Source: Candidatus Zixiibacteriota bacterium
GTDB taxonomy: Bacteria > RBG-13-66-14 > B26-G2 > WVWN01
Assembly (NCBI GenBank): GCA_050117845.1
Contig: JASFLY010000006.1
Location: 65,701 to 129,700 of the forward strand
Length of the DNA stretch: 64,000 nucleotides
Direction of reading: 5' to 3'
Shown: one piece after another, positions 50,838 through 59,180 of the stretch
How the letters are laid out: every line of letters starts with the position of its first letter
How positions within the stretch are numbered: the first letter of the stretch is position 1
Program-made: the position numbers and the translations under genes
The notes under the pieces: model-generated
The model's input: only the letters and a program-made list of their open reading frames with translations
What the model was told of the DNA's origin: nothing
Database searches by the model: none

Positions 50838-50870
50838 ATTATACGTACACCCCCTGACAAGGTCTGTCAG
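50838..50870 (-). promoter_or_regulatory. WYL/PafBC-like operator-promoter
   Basis: CTGACA-N5-TGTCAG palindrome; TGTCAG-N10-TATAAT on the minus strand. Confidence 0.55.
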
Positions 50871-50890
50871 TTTTTCCCGTGCCGGTATTT

Positions 50891-51856
50891 TTATTTAAAC
50901 ACCGCCTTCACTCTCCCGAGCGACGCCGGCGTCACCCCCGACGTCGTGTCCCGGAAGTACTGGACGCGGTAATTGTAGCTGTCCACGACATAGAGCCGGG
51001 AGCCGGCCGCGTTGAACGCCACACCCATCGGCCGGTCGAACTGGCCGTTCCCGGACCCCGACGATCCCCACTTCTCCAGGAACGACCCGGTCGCGGTGAA
51101 GTACTGCACCCGGCAGTTGCTTCGGTCCGACACGAAGACGTAACCCCCGGGGGCGACGGTCAGGCTCGAGGGAATGTCGAACTCGCCGTTGCCTTCGCCA
51201 CCGGAACCCCAACGTCCGACGTAAGAGCCGGTCGACGTGAAATACTGGACGCGGTCGTAGTACGAGTCGACGACGTACGCGTTGCCCCCCGGCGCCACGG
51301 CGACGTCACGCGGCGTTTCGAACTGGCCGTTGCCCGAGCCGTGGGATCCCCACTTCCCGAGGAACGACCCGGCCGCCGTGAAATACTGGACGCGGTAGTT
51401 GTCCGCGTCGGCGACGTAGAGGTTCCCGTTCGGCGCGAAGCACAGTCCCGAGGGTTCACGGAACTGGCCGTCGTTCGTGCCGTGCGATCCCCACTTCCCG
51501 AGGTAGGACCCCGTCGCAGTGAAGTACTGGATCCGATCGTTCCCGGTGTCGGCGACGTACACGTTGCCGTTCGACGCGACGGCGACGTCGCGGGGCGAGG
51601 CGAAGTACCCGTTCGCGGATCCGTTCGCTCCCCACTTGCCGAGGTAGGATCCGGCCGCGGTGAAATATTGGATGCGGTTGTTGCTAGTGTCGGCGACGTA
51701 CACGTTGCCGTTCGACGCGACGGCGATCCCTTCGGGCCGCGTAAATAGCCCGTTCCCGGTGCCGGGAGATCCCCACTTGCCTTCGTAGACGAAGTCGGCG
51801 TTCACAGCCGTGCCGGCCATGAGAATTGCGGCTGTCGTGATTAGTACACGGTTCAC
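50891..51856 (-). CDS. Secreted NHL-repeat 6-bladed beta-propeller
   Basis: Six ~47-aa repeats G.F..P..VAVA..GNVYVAD..N.R.QYFT..GS..GKWG; C-terminal SLGRVKAVFK. Confidence 0.92.
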   Translation of the reverse strand: MNRVLITTAAILMAGTAVNADFVYEGKWGSPGTGNGLFTRPEGIAVASNGNVYVADTSNNRIQYFTAAGSYLGKWGANGSANGYFASPRDVAVASNGNVYVADTGNDRIQYFTATGSYLGKWGSHGTNDGQFREPSGLCFAPNGNLYVADADNYRVQYFTAAGSFLGKWGSHGSGNGQFETPRDVAVAPGGNAYVVDSYYDRVQYFTSTGSYVGRWGSGGEGNGEFDIPSSLTVAPGGYVFVSDRSNCRVQYFTATGSFLEKWGSSGSGNGQFDRPMGVAFNAAGSRLYVVDSYNYRVQYFRDTTSGVTPASLGRVKAVFK

Positions 51857-51898
51857 CTTGGATTACCCCCGTTCGGGAACAGGCCTGTTGCTTCCTTC

Positions 51899-52429
51899 CT
51901 ACACGAAACGGATGAGGCTGTAGCGGAACTTCCTATTCCGCTGGCGTAATCTTTTCAACCTGTTCGACAGCGCTTGCTTGCTGACGATGAGCGCGTCGGC
52001 CAGGGCGTCTTCCGGGAACCCGATGTCGCAACCGAAATCCCGCCAGAGGCGTTCGATATCATGCTCCGGCATGAGCAGCGCCGCGGCGAACCTGTTGGCG
52101 GCCCGTTCGGCGCGGCCGCGCTCTCCGAAGAACTGGATCCCCGCCTGGCCAAGCGCGTAGTGGCCGATCTCGTGCGCGACGGAGAACCGGCGCCGCTCGT
52201 AATGCATATTCCTGTTGACGACGATGATGCGGTGGGGGACCGAGAGGACCGCCGTGAATTCGGGAGAGGCGTCCCATTCCACGATGGAAAAAGTAAGACG
52301 CCGGCACAGCCGCTCGAGGTTAACGGGCACGCGGCCGCCGGCGAGGCGGAAATATTCCTTGGCGATGAGTTCGGCCCTCCCGAACACGTTGCTACTCTCC
52401 CTTGGTGTCGGCCTCCGCGGTCTCTCCAC
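51899..52429 (-). CDS. ImmA/IrrE family metallopeptidase
   Basis: RRRFSVAHEIGH, ERAANRFAAALLMP. Confidence 0.92.
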   Translation of the reverse strand: MERPRRPTPRESSNVFGRAELIAKEYFRLAGGRVPVNLERLCRRLTFSIVEWDASPEFTAVLSVPHRIIVVNRNMHYERRRFSVAHEIGHYALGQAGIQFFGERGRAERAANRFAAALLMPEHDIERLWRDFGCDIGFPEDALADALIVSKQALSNRLKRLRQRNRKFRYSLIRFV

Positions 52430-52982
52430 TCCGTTTTACCTTGGCTTCCAGTTCGAGGTAGTACAGGATTCTCGCTACCTCTTCGTTGAACGCCTTTGTC
52501 TGCTCAGGGGTCAGCTGTACGATTCGTTTTGCGATACCATCCTCGAACTTTAATAATATAGCCTTAATCTCATCCTCTGTCAAATCGGGTATTAGCCCTA
52601 ATAATTCTTTGTCAGGCTCCCGGCGCGTCTTATCTCCCTCAGCGGCAAGCTGTTCCCGCTTGGCTTTAAGCCAACGAAAAAAATCTTTCAGGTCCGCCGC
52701 GTACCCCGCGTCGACGGCGAGTTGAAATAACTCACGCAGGTCTTCGGGGAGGTCCTCGGCTCGAGCCGCGCGCCCTAGGAGGTAGTCGGCAGAGACGTTG
52801 AAGTAATCAGCGATAGCGATAAGGAGTTTTACTCTCGGAGCTCGCTTCCCGGATTCGATTTCGGATATCGTCGCCCCCGTCGAGCCTACGGCCTTCGCTA
52901 AGACTTCTTGCGAAATGCCTTCTTTATCCCTTAAATCCTTAATACGGCTTCCCAAATCCACGCTTTTTATTACCACAACCAT
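52392..52982 (-). CDS. XRE-family phage repressor (ImmR/CI-like); real start may be GTG 52976 or 52961
   Basis: RIKDLR...SQEVLA...ISEIESGKR.P...IADYFNVSADYLLG. Confidence 0.92.
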   Translation of the reverse strand: MVVVIKSVDLGSRIKDLRDKEGISQEVLAKAVGSTGATISEIESGKRAPRVKLLIAIADYFNVSADYLLGRAARAEDLPEDLRELFQLAVDAGYAADLKDFFRWLKAKREQLAAEGDKTRREPDKELLGLIPDLTEDEIKAILLKFEDGIAKRIVQLTPEQTKAFNEEVARILYYLELEAKVKRSGETAEADTKGE

Positions 52983-53126
52983 AAGATTTTATCAACAAAA
53001 ATCGAAGAATAGTTCATTTTTCCCTTGACTCGACCTTAAGGTTGTGGTAATATTCCTTATGGTTATACGGCACGAGGTATTTTTTTAGGACCACTCTTAA
53101 GGTTATAATATGGAACTTAAGGTTGT
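52975..53126. promoter_or_regulatory. Genetic switch: divergent promoters and five CTTAWGGTTRT operators
   Basis: Copies at 52975-85 (minus), 53035-45, 53056-66, 53096-106, 53116-126; TTGACT-17-TAATAT at 53025-53053. Confidence 0.8.
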
Positions 53127-53388
53127 AATAATTAACTTGAAGCAACTACGCATGGCCCACGGCCTAGATCAGGAACAGGCTGCGGACCGTTGCGGCATCT
53201 CGCCCGGTTATTGGAACGAGCTCGAGGCCGGGAAGCGCCGCGGTTCGCCGAAGAAGATCGAGGCCATCGCCCGCGGGTTTGGGATTCCGTACTACGAGGT
53301 TGCAATAATTCTCCATAACACTTACCGCTCGGCCAACGCCGGCGACGACAACGAATCAGATGACGAACCTGCCGCCCCGAAAGGGTAG
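53110..53388 (+). CDS. Cro-like XRE HTH regulator
   Basis: LKQLR...QEQAADRCGIS..YWNELEAGKR; divergent from the repressor. Confidence 0.85.
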   Translation: MELKVVIINLKQLRMAHGLDQEQAADRCGISPGYWNELEAGKRRGSPKKIEAIARGFGIPYYEVAIILHNTYRSANAGDDNESDDEPAAPKG

Positions 53389-53399
53389 CAGGTTTTTTT
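53366..53399 (+). terminator. tR1-like terminator after cro
   Basis: AACCTGCCGCCC-CGAAA-GGGTAGCAGGTT followed by a T-run. Confidence 0.7.
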
Positions 53400-53446
53400 A
53401 GCAAGTCAATCCTAACGCGAAACAGGTTTTAAGACGAGGTGATGAG

Positions 53447-53731
53447 ATGGCGAAAACGAAGGGAGAGGGCAAAAAGAAAGGCGCGGAGAACCCCACCCGC
53501 GAACGGGGTAACGCCTACAGCCGCTGGGGGCTACTCAACCCGACGAAGGTGACGTTCGATTTCACGAAATTCCGAAAGGACGCGCCCCCGTTCCCGCGAG
53601 TCGTAGTCGAGTACGAACTCGTCAACGTCGGTGGCGCGGAGCATACGAACCGCAAGGTGACGGCCGATTTCTTGGATGCCGTGGAGCGGGCCGTTGACCT
53701 CTTACGAAAAGGGATGGGGCTCGACTCTTAA
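53447..53731 (+). CDS. Hypothetical phage protein
   Basis: GAGGTG SD, ATG. Confidence 0.6.
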   Translation: MAKTKGEGKKKGAENPTRERGNAYSRWGLLNPTKVTFDFTKFRKDAPPFPRVVVEYELVNVGGAEHTNRKVTADFLDAVERAVDLLRKGMGLDS

Positions 53732-53736
53732 TCATG

Positions 53737-53988
53737 TTACGCCATCAAAGACCTTACTTCTTCAATACCGTGCGGGGTCAGTTTGACGCTATGAAATTCG
53801 GAACCGATCACCTCGTAGAGTTCGACCAGGCCGAGGTTCGCCAGGTGGCGGACTACGCGATCCATAGCGGCGTCGGAAATCGGGACTTCCTTACCGACTT
53901 CGTCCCTCCCCATGTATTCGTCGCCGTTCTTCGTCCAGTACTCGTACAGGACGAACAGGGTCCGTTCTTCGATCTCGGCGTCGTTCAT
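53737..53988 (-). CDS. Small winged-helix-like protein, antisense to the early operon
   Basis: GGAGGG SD; LANLGLVE...VKLTPHGIE wHTH pattern. Confidence 0.65.
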   Translation of the reverse strand: MNDAEIEERTLFVLYEYWTKNGDEYMGRDEVGKEVPISDAAMDRVVRHLANLGLVELYEVIGSEFHSVKLTPHGIEEVRSLMA

Positions 53989-54053
53989 ATTCAGTCCCTC
54001 CAGGTTGAAAGGTTCGGGCTGTAGTTAACGCATTTTACGACGAGGCACAGGGT

Positions 54054-54506
54054 ATGGCAACTCCTAAAGATCACGATCTCTGCATCGCTACGAAGAAGGT
54101 CATCCTCGACAACGCCGCCGGGATCCCCGCCAAGGACATCGCCGCGGCTATGGGATGGAGCGAGTTCAAACTCTACGAGCTCGCCGACCCCGAGTCCACC
54201 CGTCACATCTGGATCACCGACGCGATCTCCCTTTTCTTCTGCGGCGGCCGCGACCCCCGGCTCTTCGAGGAGGCGTGCCGCAAGGTCGGCGGCGTCTTCG
54301 TCGACCTCAAGCAGTACGCCGGCCGCGGCGCCGAGGCCGACCTGGCCGACGTCCTCAGAGAAGCGGGCGATTTCTGCTCGAAAGCCGCGGCCGCGCTCGG
54401 CGACGGCAAGGTGACGGCGAGCGAGCGCGACCGCCTCGACCGCGAGGGCGCCGAGGCGATCGCCGCCATCGTCGCGTTCCTCGGCCGCGCGGGGGTGACG
54501 TTCTGA
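54054..54506 (+). CDS. Phage regulatory protein (CII/CP76-like)
   Basis: HTH-like AKDIAAAMG..., C-terminal ALGDGKVTASE. Confidence 0.7.
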   Translation: MATPKDHDLCIATKKVILDNAAGIPAKDIAAAMGWSEFKLYELADPESTRHIWITDAISLFFCGGRDPRLFEEACRKVGGVFVDLKQYAGRGAEADLADVLREAGDFCSKAAAALGDGKVTASERDRLDREGAEAIAAIVAFLGRAGVTF

Positions 54507-54733
54507 TGGTGGAGCGGGCGTTCTGGGGCGTCGAGGAGGTAGCGGAGTACCTCAACGAATCCCCCCACAATATCTACGACTGGGTCGCCCGGCGGCGCAT
54601 ACCGTTCTACAAGCGAGGCCGGCGCCTCCAGTTCAACATCGAGGAAATCAAGAAGTGGGACCGCGAGCGGAACTACCGGCCGACGGTCGCCGAGCGCGAA
54701 CGGGAGACGACGATAGCGAAGCTCGGCATCTGA
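54506..54733 (+). CDS. Excisionase-like HTH_17 protein
   Basis: VEEVAEYL...IYDWV...IPFYKRGRRLQF; TGATG coupling. Confidence 0.85.
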   Translation: MVERAFWGVEEVAEYLNESPHNIYDWVARRRIPFYKRGRRLQFNIEEIKKWDRERNYRPTVAERERETTIAKLGI

Positions 54734-54768
54734 AACGCGCCTGACGAACGGAAACGCGGTGAATATCG

Positions 54769-55152
54769 GTGAAAGATAACCAACCCCCCAACGATACCCC
54801 CGGAACGGCGACGGCCCTTAGAAACGATTCTCGCGCGTTGCCGTGGGACCCGGCGCTCGTGCGGAGCGCGATGGCCCGACGCCGCTACTCCCACGCCGAC
54901 CTGGCCGAACTGCTGACCGAGCGCGCCGGCCCCGACCATCACTTTTCCAAAAGCTACGTCACGAAGGTTTTGACGGGGGCGATCGCGCCGTCGCCGGCGT
55001 TCGTCGAGGCGTTGCGGCTCAAGCTCAATCTGCCGGCGCCGTCGCCCGAACGCGTGGACCTTAACGGCTTCGTGCACGCGAAGCTCGAGCAGATAGAGGA
55101 ACTCGCCCGGGAAATCCGGGAAACCCTTTCCAGCGAGGAGGGGCAGCAATGA
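54769..55152 (+). CDS. Putative HTH protein
   Basis: SHADLAELL...SKSYVTKVLTG...P. Confidence 0.55.
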   Translation: MKDNQPPNDTPGTATALRNDSRALPWDPALVRSAMARRRYSHADLAELLTERAGPDHHFSKSYVTKVLTGAIAPSPAFVEALRLKLNLPAPSPERVDLNGFVHAKLEQIEELAREIRETLSSEEGQQ

Positions 55153-55493
55153 GGCAATACGATTCGCCGGAGATGTACGCGAAGGCGGTCGCCGGGTTGC
55201 GGCTGGAGCGGCGGCGCCTCATCGACGAGGCCGCGGCGCTCAAGGGCCGCTACGAAACGGTGCTGCGCCGGTTCAAGGCCGGCCAGCTGCCGCCGGCCCG
55301 AGCCGCGAAGATGGCGTTCGCCATCTACGACCGCATGATCGTACTCCGGCACGAACTGATCCCATTAATCAATCAACGTTTAACGGCGCTCGCGCTCGAG
55401 TACGTGAGGCTCACGTCGTCCGGCAACGGCCGCCGCACGGTGGTTCACGCGGCCGCGCCGGCGCACGAGCGCCACGAGGAGGTCATGTCATGA
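55149..55493 (+). CDS. Hypothetical phage protein
   Basis: ATGA overlaps at both ends, GAGGAGG SD. Confidence 0.55.
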   Translation: MRQYDSPEMYAKAVAGLRLERRRLIDEAAALKGRYETVLRRFKAGQLPPARAAKMAFAIYDRMIVLRHELIPLINQRLTALALEYVRLTSSGNGRRTVVHAAAPAHERHEEVMS

Positions 55494-56626
55494 CGTGCAT
55501 CAACGACGCCTCGGCGCACCCGGTGGACGCGTACGGCGCGCCGGTCCCGCCGGGCGACGAGGTCGTGCGGCCGGAAGGCGCCGACCCGGCCCAAAGGCTC
55601 GAACCGCCGGACCCCGCTCCCGGCCCCGGGTGGCGGCGTCCGAACGACGGCGACGGGGGAGTGACGTCCTACCTTAAACTCAGCCCGTCGAAGATCCACA
55701 CGGCGCTGTCCTGCCCCCGGAAATACAAATACCGCTACGTCGACGGCCTGACGCTGAAACGGATGCCGTCGACGCTGGCCTTCGGCCGGGCCATCCACGC
55801 CGCGATCCAGGCGGCGTACGCGCGGCAGAAGGCACCCATGACGGTCGACGAGGTGGCCGGCTCGTTCGCCCTCTACTTCAACCACCTCGACAAGCAGGGC
55901 ATCATCTACAAGGAGAAGGAGTCGCTCGAGGACCTGGTCGAGAAGGGCAAGGCGCTGGCCGCGGAGTGGTGGCGCCTTTTCCGCGACGACGTGCTCGCCG
56001 TCGACATCCTCTCCGTCGAGAGTGAGTTGACGGTCGATATCGGCTTCGGCCTGGCGTTCCGCGGATACCCGGACGTCATCGAGGAGCGCGACGGCCTGCT
56101 CTACATCGGCGACCACAAGACGGTCGCCAGCTGGGGCGAGTCCGACGAGATCCTGGCGGCCCGGAGCATCCAGCTCACCGCCTACGCCTACCTCTGCGAG
56201 AAGAAGTACGGCCGGCTTCCCGACAAACTCTACTTCACGGTCCTCAAGAAGACGAAGAAGCCTCAGGTGTTCCGCTACTTCACGGAACGGACCCGGGCCG
56301 ACGTCGACGCCTTCGAGGACTACGTGCGCGACGTCGCCCGCCTCATCAACTACTGCGGCGACAACGGCGTTTACCCCGACAATATCACCCGCGACTGCAC
56401 GTGGTGCGAATTCACCGGCCTCTGCTGGGGCACGGAGAACGCCCGGGCGGCCTTCATCACGCGCGAGGAGCGCAGGAGGCAGGAGAAGGAAGCCGAGGGC
56501 AAACGCAAGGCCGCACTCGGCAACGCGATCATGGCGAGCGTGGATCCGAAGTACGACGGCGACGAACAGGCGCGGAAGCTGGCCGTTATCGGCCACTACG
56601 TCGAGTCGCTGGACGACGAACAATAA
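55490..56626 (+). CDS. PD-(D/E)XK (RecB/Cas4-like) nuclease
   Basis: LSPS...CP, G.AIH, E, GYPD, DHKT, QLTAY, C.WC.F...C; start may be GTG 55661. Confidence 0.88.
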   Translation: MTCINDASAHPVDAYGAPVPPGDEVVRPEGADPAQRLEPPDPAPGPGWRRPNDGDGGVTSYLKLSPSKIHTALSCPRKYKYRYVDGLTLKRMPSTLAFGRAIHAAIQAAYARQKAPMTVDEVAGSFALYFNHLDKQGIIYKEKESLEDLVEKGKALAAEWWRLFRDDVLAVDILSVESELTVDIGFGLAFRGYPDVIEERDGLLYIGDHKTVASWGESDEILAARSIQLTAYAYLCEKKYGRLPDKLYFTVLKKTKKPQVFRYFTERTRADVDAFEDYVRDVARLINYCGDNGVYPDNITRDCTWCEFTGLCWGTENARAAFITREERRRQEKEAEGKRKAALGNAIMASVDPKYDGDEQARKLAVIGHYVESLDDEQ

Positions 56627-56659
56627 CCCTAAACGTTAGATCGAACTGAGGAGGAAACA

Positions 56660-57349
56660 ATGTCGGACGAAGGAAAAAAGGAAACGGGGAACGTCCCGGC
56701 CGAGACGCCGGAGGCCTCGCCGCCGGCCGTGGCGGGCGAAGGGCCCCGTTACCTCGACGACGACGAACTCACCACGCCGCGAATAAAGATCGACCACGAC
56801 ACGGGGAAGTTCGTCAACAACCTGACCGAGGAGGAGTTCGAGGAACTCAACTGCGTTCTACTCGACGTGCGGCTCAGCCGCGTCCGGTGGGACAAGAACC
56901 TCGACAACCAGGAACCGCTCTGCCGGTCGAACGACCGCGTGAAAGGCGAGGGCAACCCCGGCGGCGAGTGCGCGAAGTGCTCCCTCCAGGAGTGGACCAA
57001 CGGCGACAAGCCCGAGTGCGCCGAGACGCACACCTACCTCGGCCTCGACGAGGCGGGCGCGCCGTTCTTCTTCACGGTAAGCCGGACGGGCATACCGCCG
57101 TCGCGGCGCTACCTCTCCGGCGCGCAGTACCGGCGGAAGCCTATCTACGCCACCTGGACGGTCCTGACGCTCAAAGCCCAGAAGAAGGGCGGCAACACGT
57201 ATTACGTCCCGGTCTTCAAACGCGGCGAGAGCGTCGCCGAGGAACTCCTGCCCGAGATGAACGAGGCGATGAGGCAACTCGGCGCGGTCTGGGAACGCTA
57301 CCAAGCGCGGCGCGAGGAAACGGAAGGCGCCGGCGGCGCCGACTTTTAA
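56660..57349 (+). CDS. Putative phage ssDNA-binding/annealing protein
   Basis: Follows the nuclease; C.S.D...C..C...W...KP.C Cys cluster, YYVPVF, acidic tail ending DF. Confidence 0.5.
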   Translation: MSDEGKKETGNVPAETPEASPPAVAGEGPRYLDDDELTTPRIKIDHDTGKFVNNLTEEEFEELNCVLLDVRLSRVRWDKNLDNQEPLCRSNDRVKGEGNPGGECAKCSLQEWTNGDKPECAETHTYLGLDEAGAPFFFTVSRTGIPPSRRYLSGAQYRRKPIYATWTVLTLKAQKKGGNTYYVPVFKRGESVAEELLPEMNEAMRQLGAVWERYQARREETEGAGGADF

Positions 57350-57409
57350 CGCATTACCCGGCGGGGCGGGCGCGCGCCGTCCGCCCCGTCCACGAAAGGC
57401 GAGGGTTAC

Positions 57410-58651
57410 ATGAGAATCGTCGAACTGAAAGCCAACAATTTCAAGAGGCTCGTGGCCGTGGACATAACACCCGAGGGGGACCTGGTTCTTCTCAGCGGCA
57501 AGAACAGCTCCGGCAAGACGTCGGTGCTGGACGCCATCTGGGCCGCCCTCGGGGGCGCCCGGGCCTGCCCGGGCAAGCCGATACGCGAGGGGGCCGAGAA
57601 GGGCGAGGTCCGGCTGGTGCTGGACAACGGCCTGGTCGTCGAGCGGACGTTCACGCCGAACGACTCGTACCTGAAGGTCACGTCCGACGACGGCCGCCAA
57701 AAGTTCACGAAGCCCCAGGACATGCTCGACGCCCTGATCGGAAAGATAGCGTTCGACCCGCTCGCGTTCGCGCGGAAGAGGCCGAAGGAGCAGGTCGTCG
57801 AACTCTTGGGCGTCGTCGATATCGGCATCGACCTCGATACGCACGAGCGTGAAAGGCAGGCGCTGTACGACGCCCGGGCCGACGCGAACAAGGAAGTCAA
57901 ACGGCTCGAGGGATCGCTCGCCGGGCAGTCGCGTTACGACGACGCGCCGGCGGCGATTATTTCTGCGAACGAGTTGGCCGCCGAGCTCGAGGAGCTAAAC
58001 GCCAAGGCTACGAAGGCGACCCAGGCGCAAGCCAAGTCGAAGGAATTATACGAAGAAATTAAAGAGCAACGAGCGAAGCTCGACCGGCTCCAGGCCGAGT
58101 ACGATTCGCTTCAAGAGGATTACCAGAATGTCGGCTTATGGGATGACGAAATCGCGTCACTCCGCGCAAGGCTCGCCACCGTCGAGGCCGACAACGAAAA
58201 GGTCCGGGCGAACGAGCGGTACGACCAGCTCGCCGGCGAACTGGACAAGGCCAAAGCCGTCGCCGCCGACCAGGCCATCGCGCTGAAACTTCACGACGAG
58301 CGCAAGACCGAGGCCCTTGAGGCGGCGAAGTTCCCGGTGGAGGGGCTCTCGTTCGACGACGAGGGCGTTCGGCTCAACGGGATCCCGCTGGCGCAGTGCT
58401 CGTCCTCCGAGCAGCTCAAGGTGGCCGTCGCGATCGCGATGGCGGCGAATCCCGACCTGCGCGTTATCCAAATTAGAGAAGGGTCCTTGTTGGACCGCGA
58501 GAGCCTGGACGTCATCGCCGAACTGGCCGGCGCCCGCGACTACCAGGTGTGGGTCGAGGTCGTGGACGAAACGGGCGAGGTCGGCGTCGTTATCGAGGGC
58601 GGCATGGTGGCCGGCGCGCCCGTAGCCGAGGAGGTGGCGGCTCATGCCTAA
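57410..58651 (+). CDS. SMC/Rad50-like coiled-coil ATPase
   Basis: NFKRL, GKNSSGKTS, coiled coil, CSSSEQ, IREGSLLD. Confidence 0.85.
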   Translation: MRIVELKANNFKRLVAVDITPEGDLVLLSGKNSSGKTSVLDAIWAALGGARACPGKPIREGAEKGEVRLVLDNGLVVERTFTPNDSYLKVTSDDGRQKFTKPQDMLDALIGKIAFDPLAFARKRPKEQVVELLGVVDIGIDLDTHERERQALYDARADANKEVKRLEGSLAGQSRYDDAPAAIISANELAAELEELNAKATKATQAQAKSKELYEEIKEQRAKLDRLQAEYDSLQEDYQNVGLWDDEIASLRARLATVEADNEKVRANERYDQLAGELDKAKAVAADQAIALKLHDERKTEALEAAKFPVEGLSFDDEGVRLNGIPLAQCSSSEQLKVAVAIAMAANPDLRVIQIREGSLLDRESLDVIAELAGARDYQVWVEVVDETGEVGVVIEGGMVAGAPVAEEVAAHA

Positions 58652-59000
58652 ACCCGCCGAACCTTACGTCGTCGTCGGCAGTCCGGAGCGGACCGCCCAG
58701 GGCGGCTTCCGCGTCGACGTCCGCTCCGCCGCCGGCGTCACGCCGTTGCCGCACGTCGAGCGCCATTCCCCTGACGGTTTCTGTTGGGGTTACGGCGGCT
58801 CGGGGCCCGCGGACCTGGCTCTCTCTATCCTCGCCTACGCCACCGGCCTTGGCGAGAAGATGAAAGACCAGCCGGGGTTCTACCAGGACTTCAAACGCGA
58901 CGTCGTGGCGGCGCTACCTGGCGGTTCCGCGTGGGCGCTTCCGTCTGCGCTTATAACCGCGTGGCTCGCGACCCGCGAGCGCGAACCGGAGGAGGCGTAG
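58644..59000 (+). CDS. DUF6166-like protein
   Basis: HSPDGF.WGYGGSGPADLA, YQDFK. Confidence 0.7.
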   Translation: MPKPAEPYVVVGSPERTAQGGFRVDVRSAAGVTPLPHVERHSPDGFCWGYGGSGPADLALSILAYATGLGEKMKDQPGFYQDFKRDVVAALPGGSAWALPSALITAWLATREREPEEA

Positions 59001-59004
59001 CCCG

Positions 59005-59178
59005 ATGTCTTCCGACGGATACCTCCCCGACGGCTGCACGCACCGCGACGTCGACGTCCACTTCGGCGGGATCACGATTATCAGCGTCGAGTGCTCCACG
59101 TGCGGCGAGCCGAACGACCCCCTCGACCGCTACTGCGTCGAGTGCGGCGAGGACCGTAATCCGAAGGGGCGGTCCTAA
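59005..59178 (+). CDS. Small zinc-ribbon protein (57 aa)
   Basis: Manual translation: CSTCGEPN...YCVECG; GGAGG SD. Confidence 0.65.
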   Translation: MSSDGYLPDGCTHRDVDVHFGGITIISVECSTCGEPNDPLDRYCVECGEDRNPKGRS

Positions 59179-59180
59179 AA

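Noticed and set aside
50950..51790. CRISPR-like or tandem DNA repeat
   Set aside because: ~141-bp degenerate periodicity is explained by NHL protein repeats; no spacer structure
53035..53126. Mini CRISPR array or replication iterons
   Set aside because: 11-bp units with short spacers overlapping divergent promoters between two HTH genes fit operators better
55490..56626. Cas4 of a CRISPR system
   Set aside because: No cas1/cas2 or array; phage recombination context
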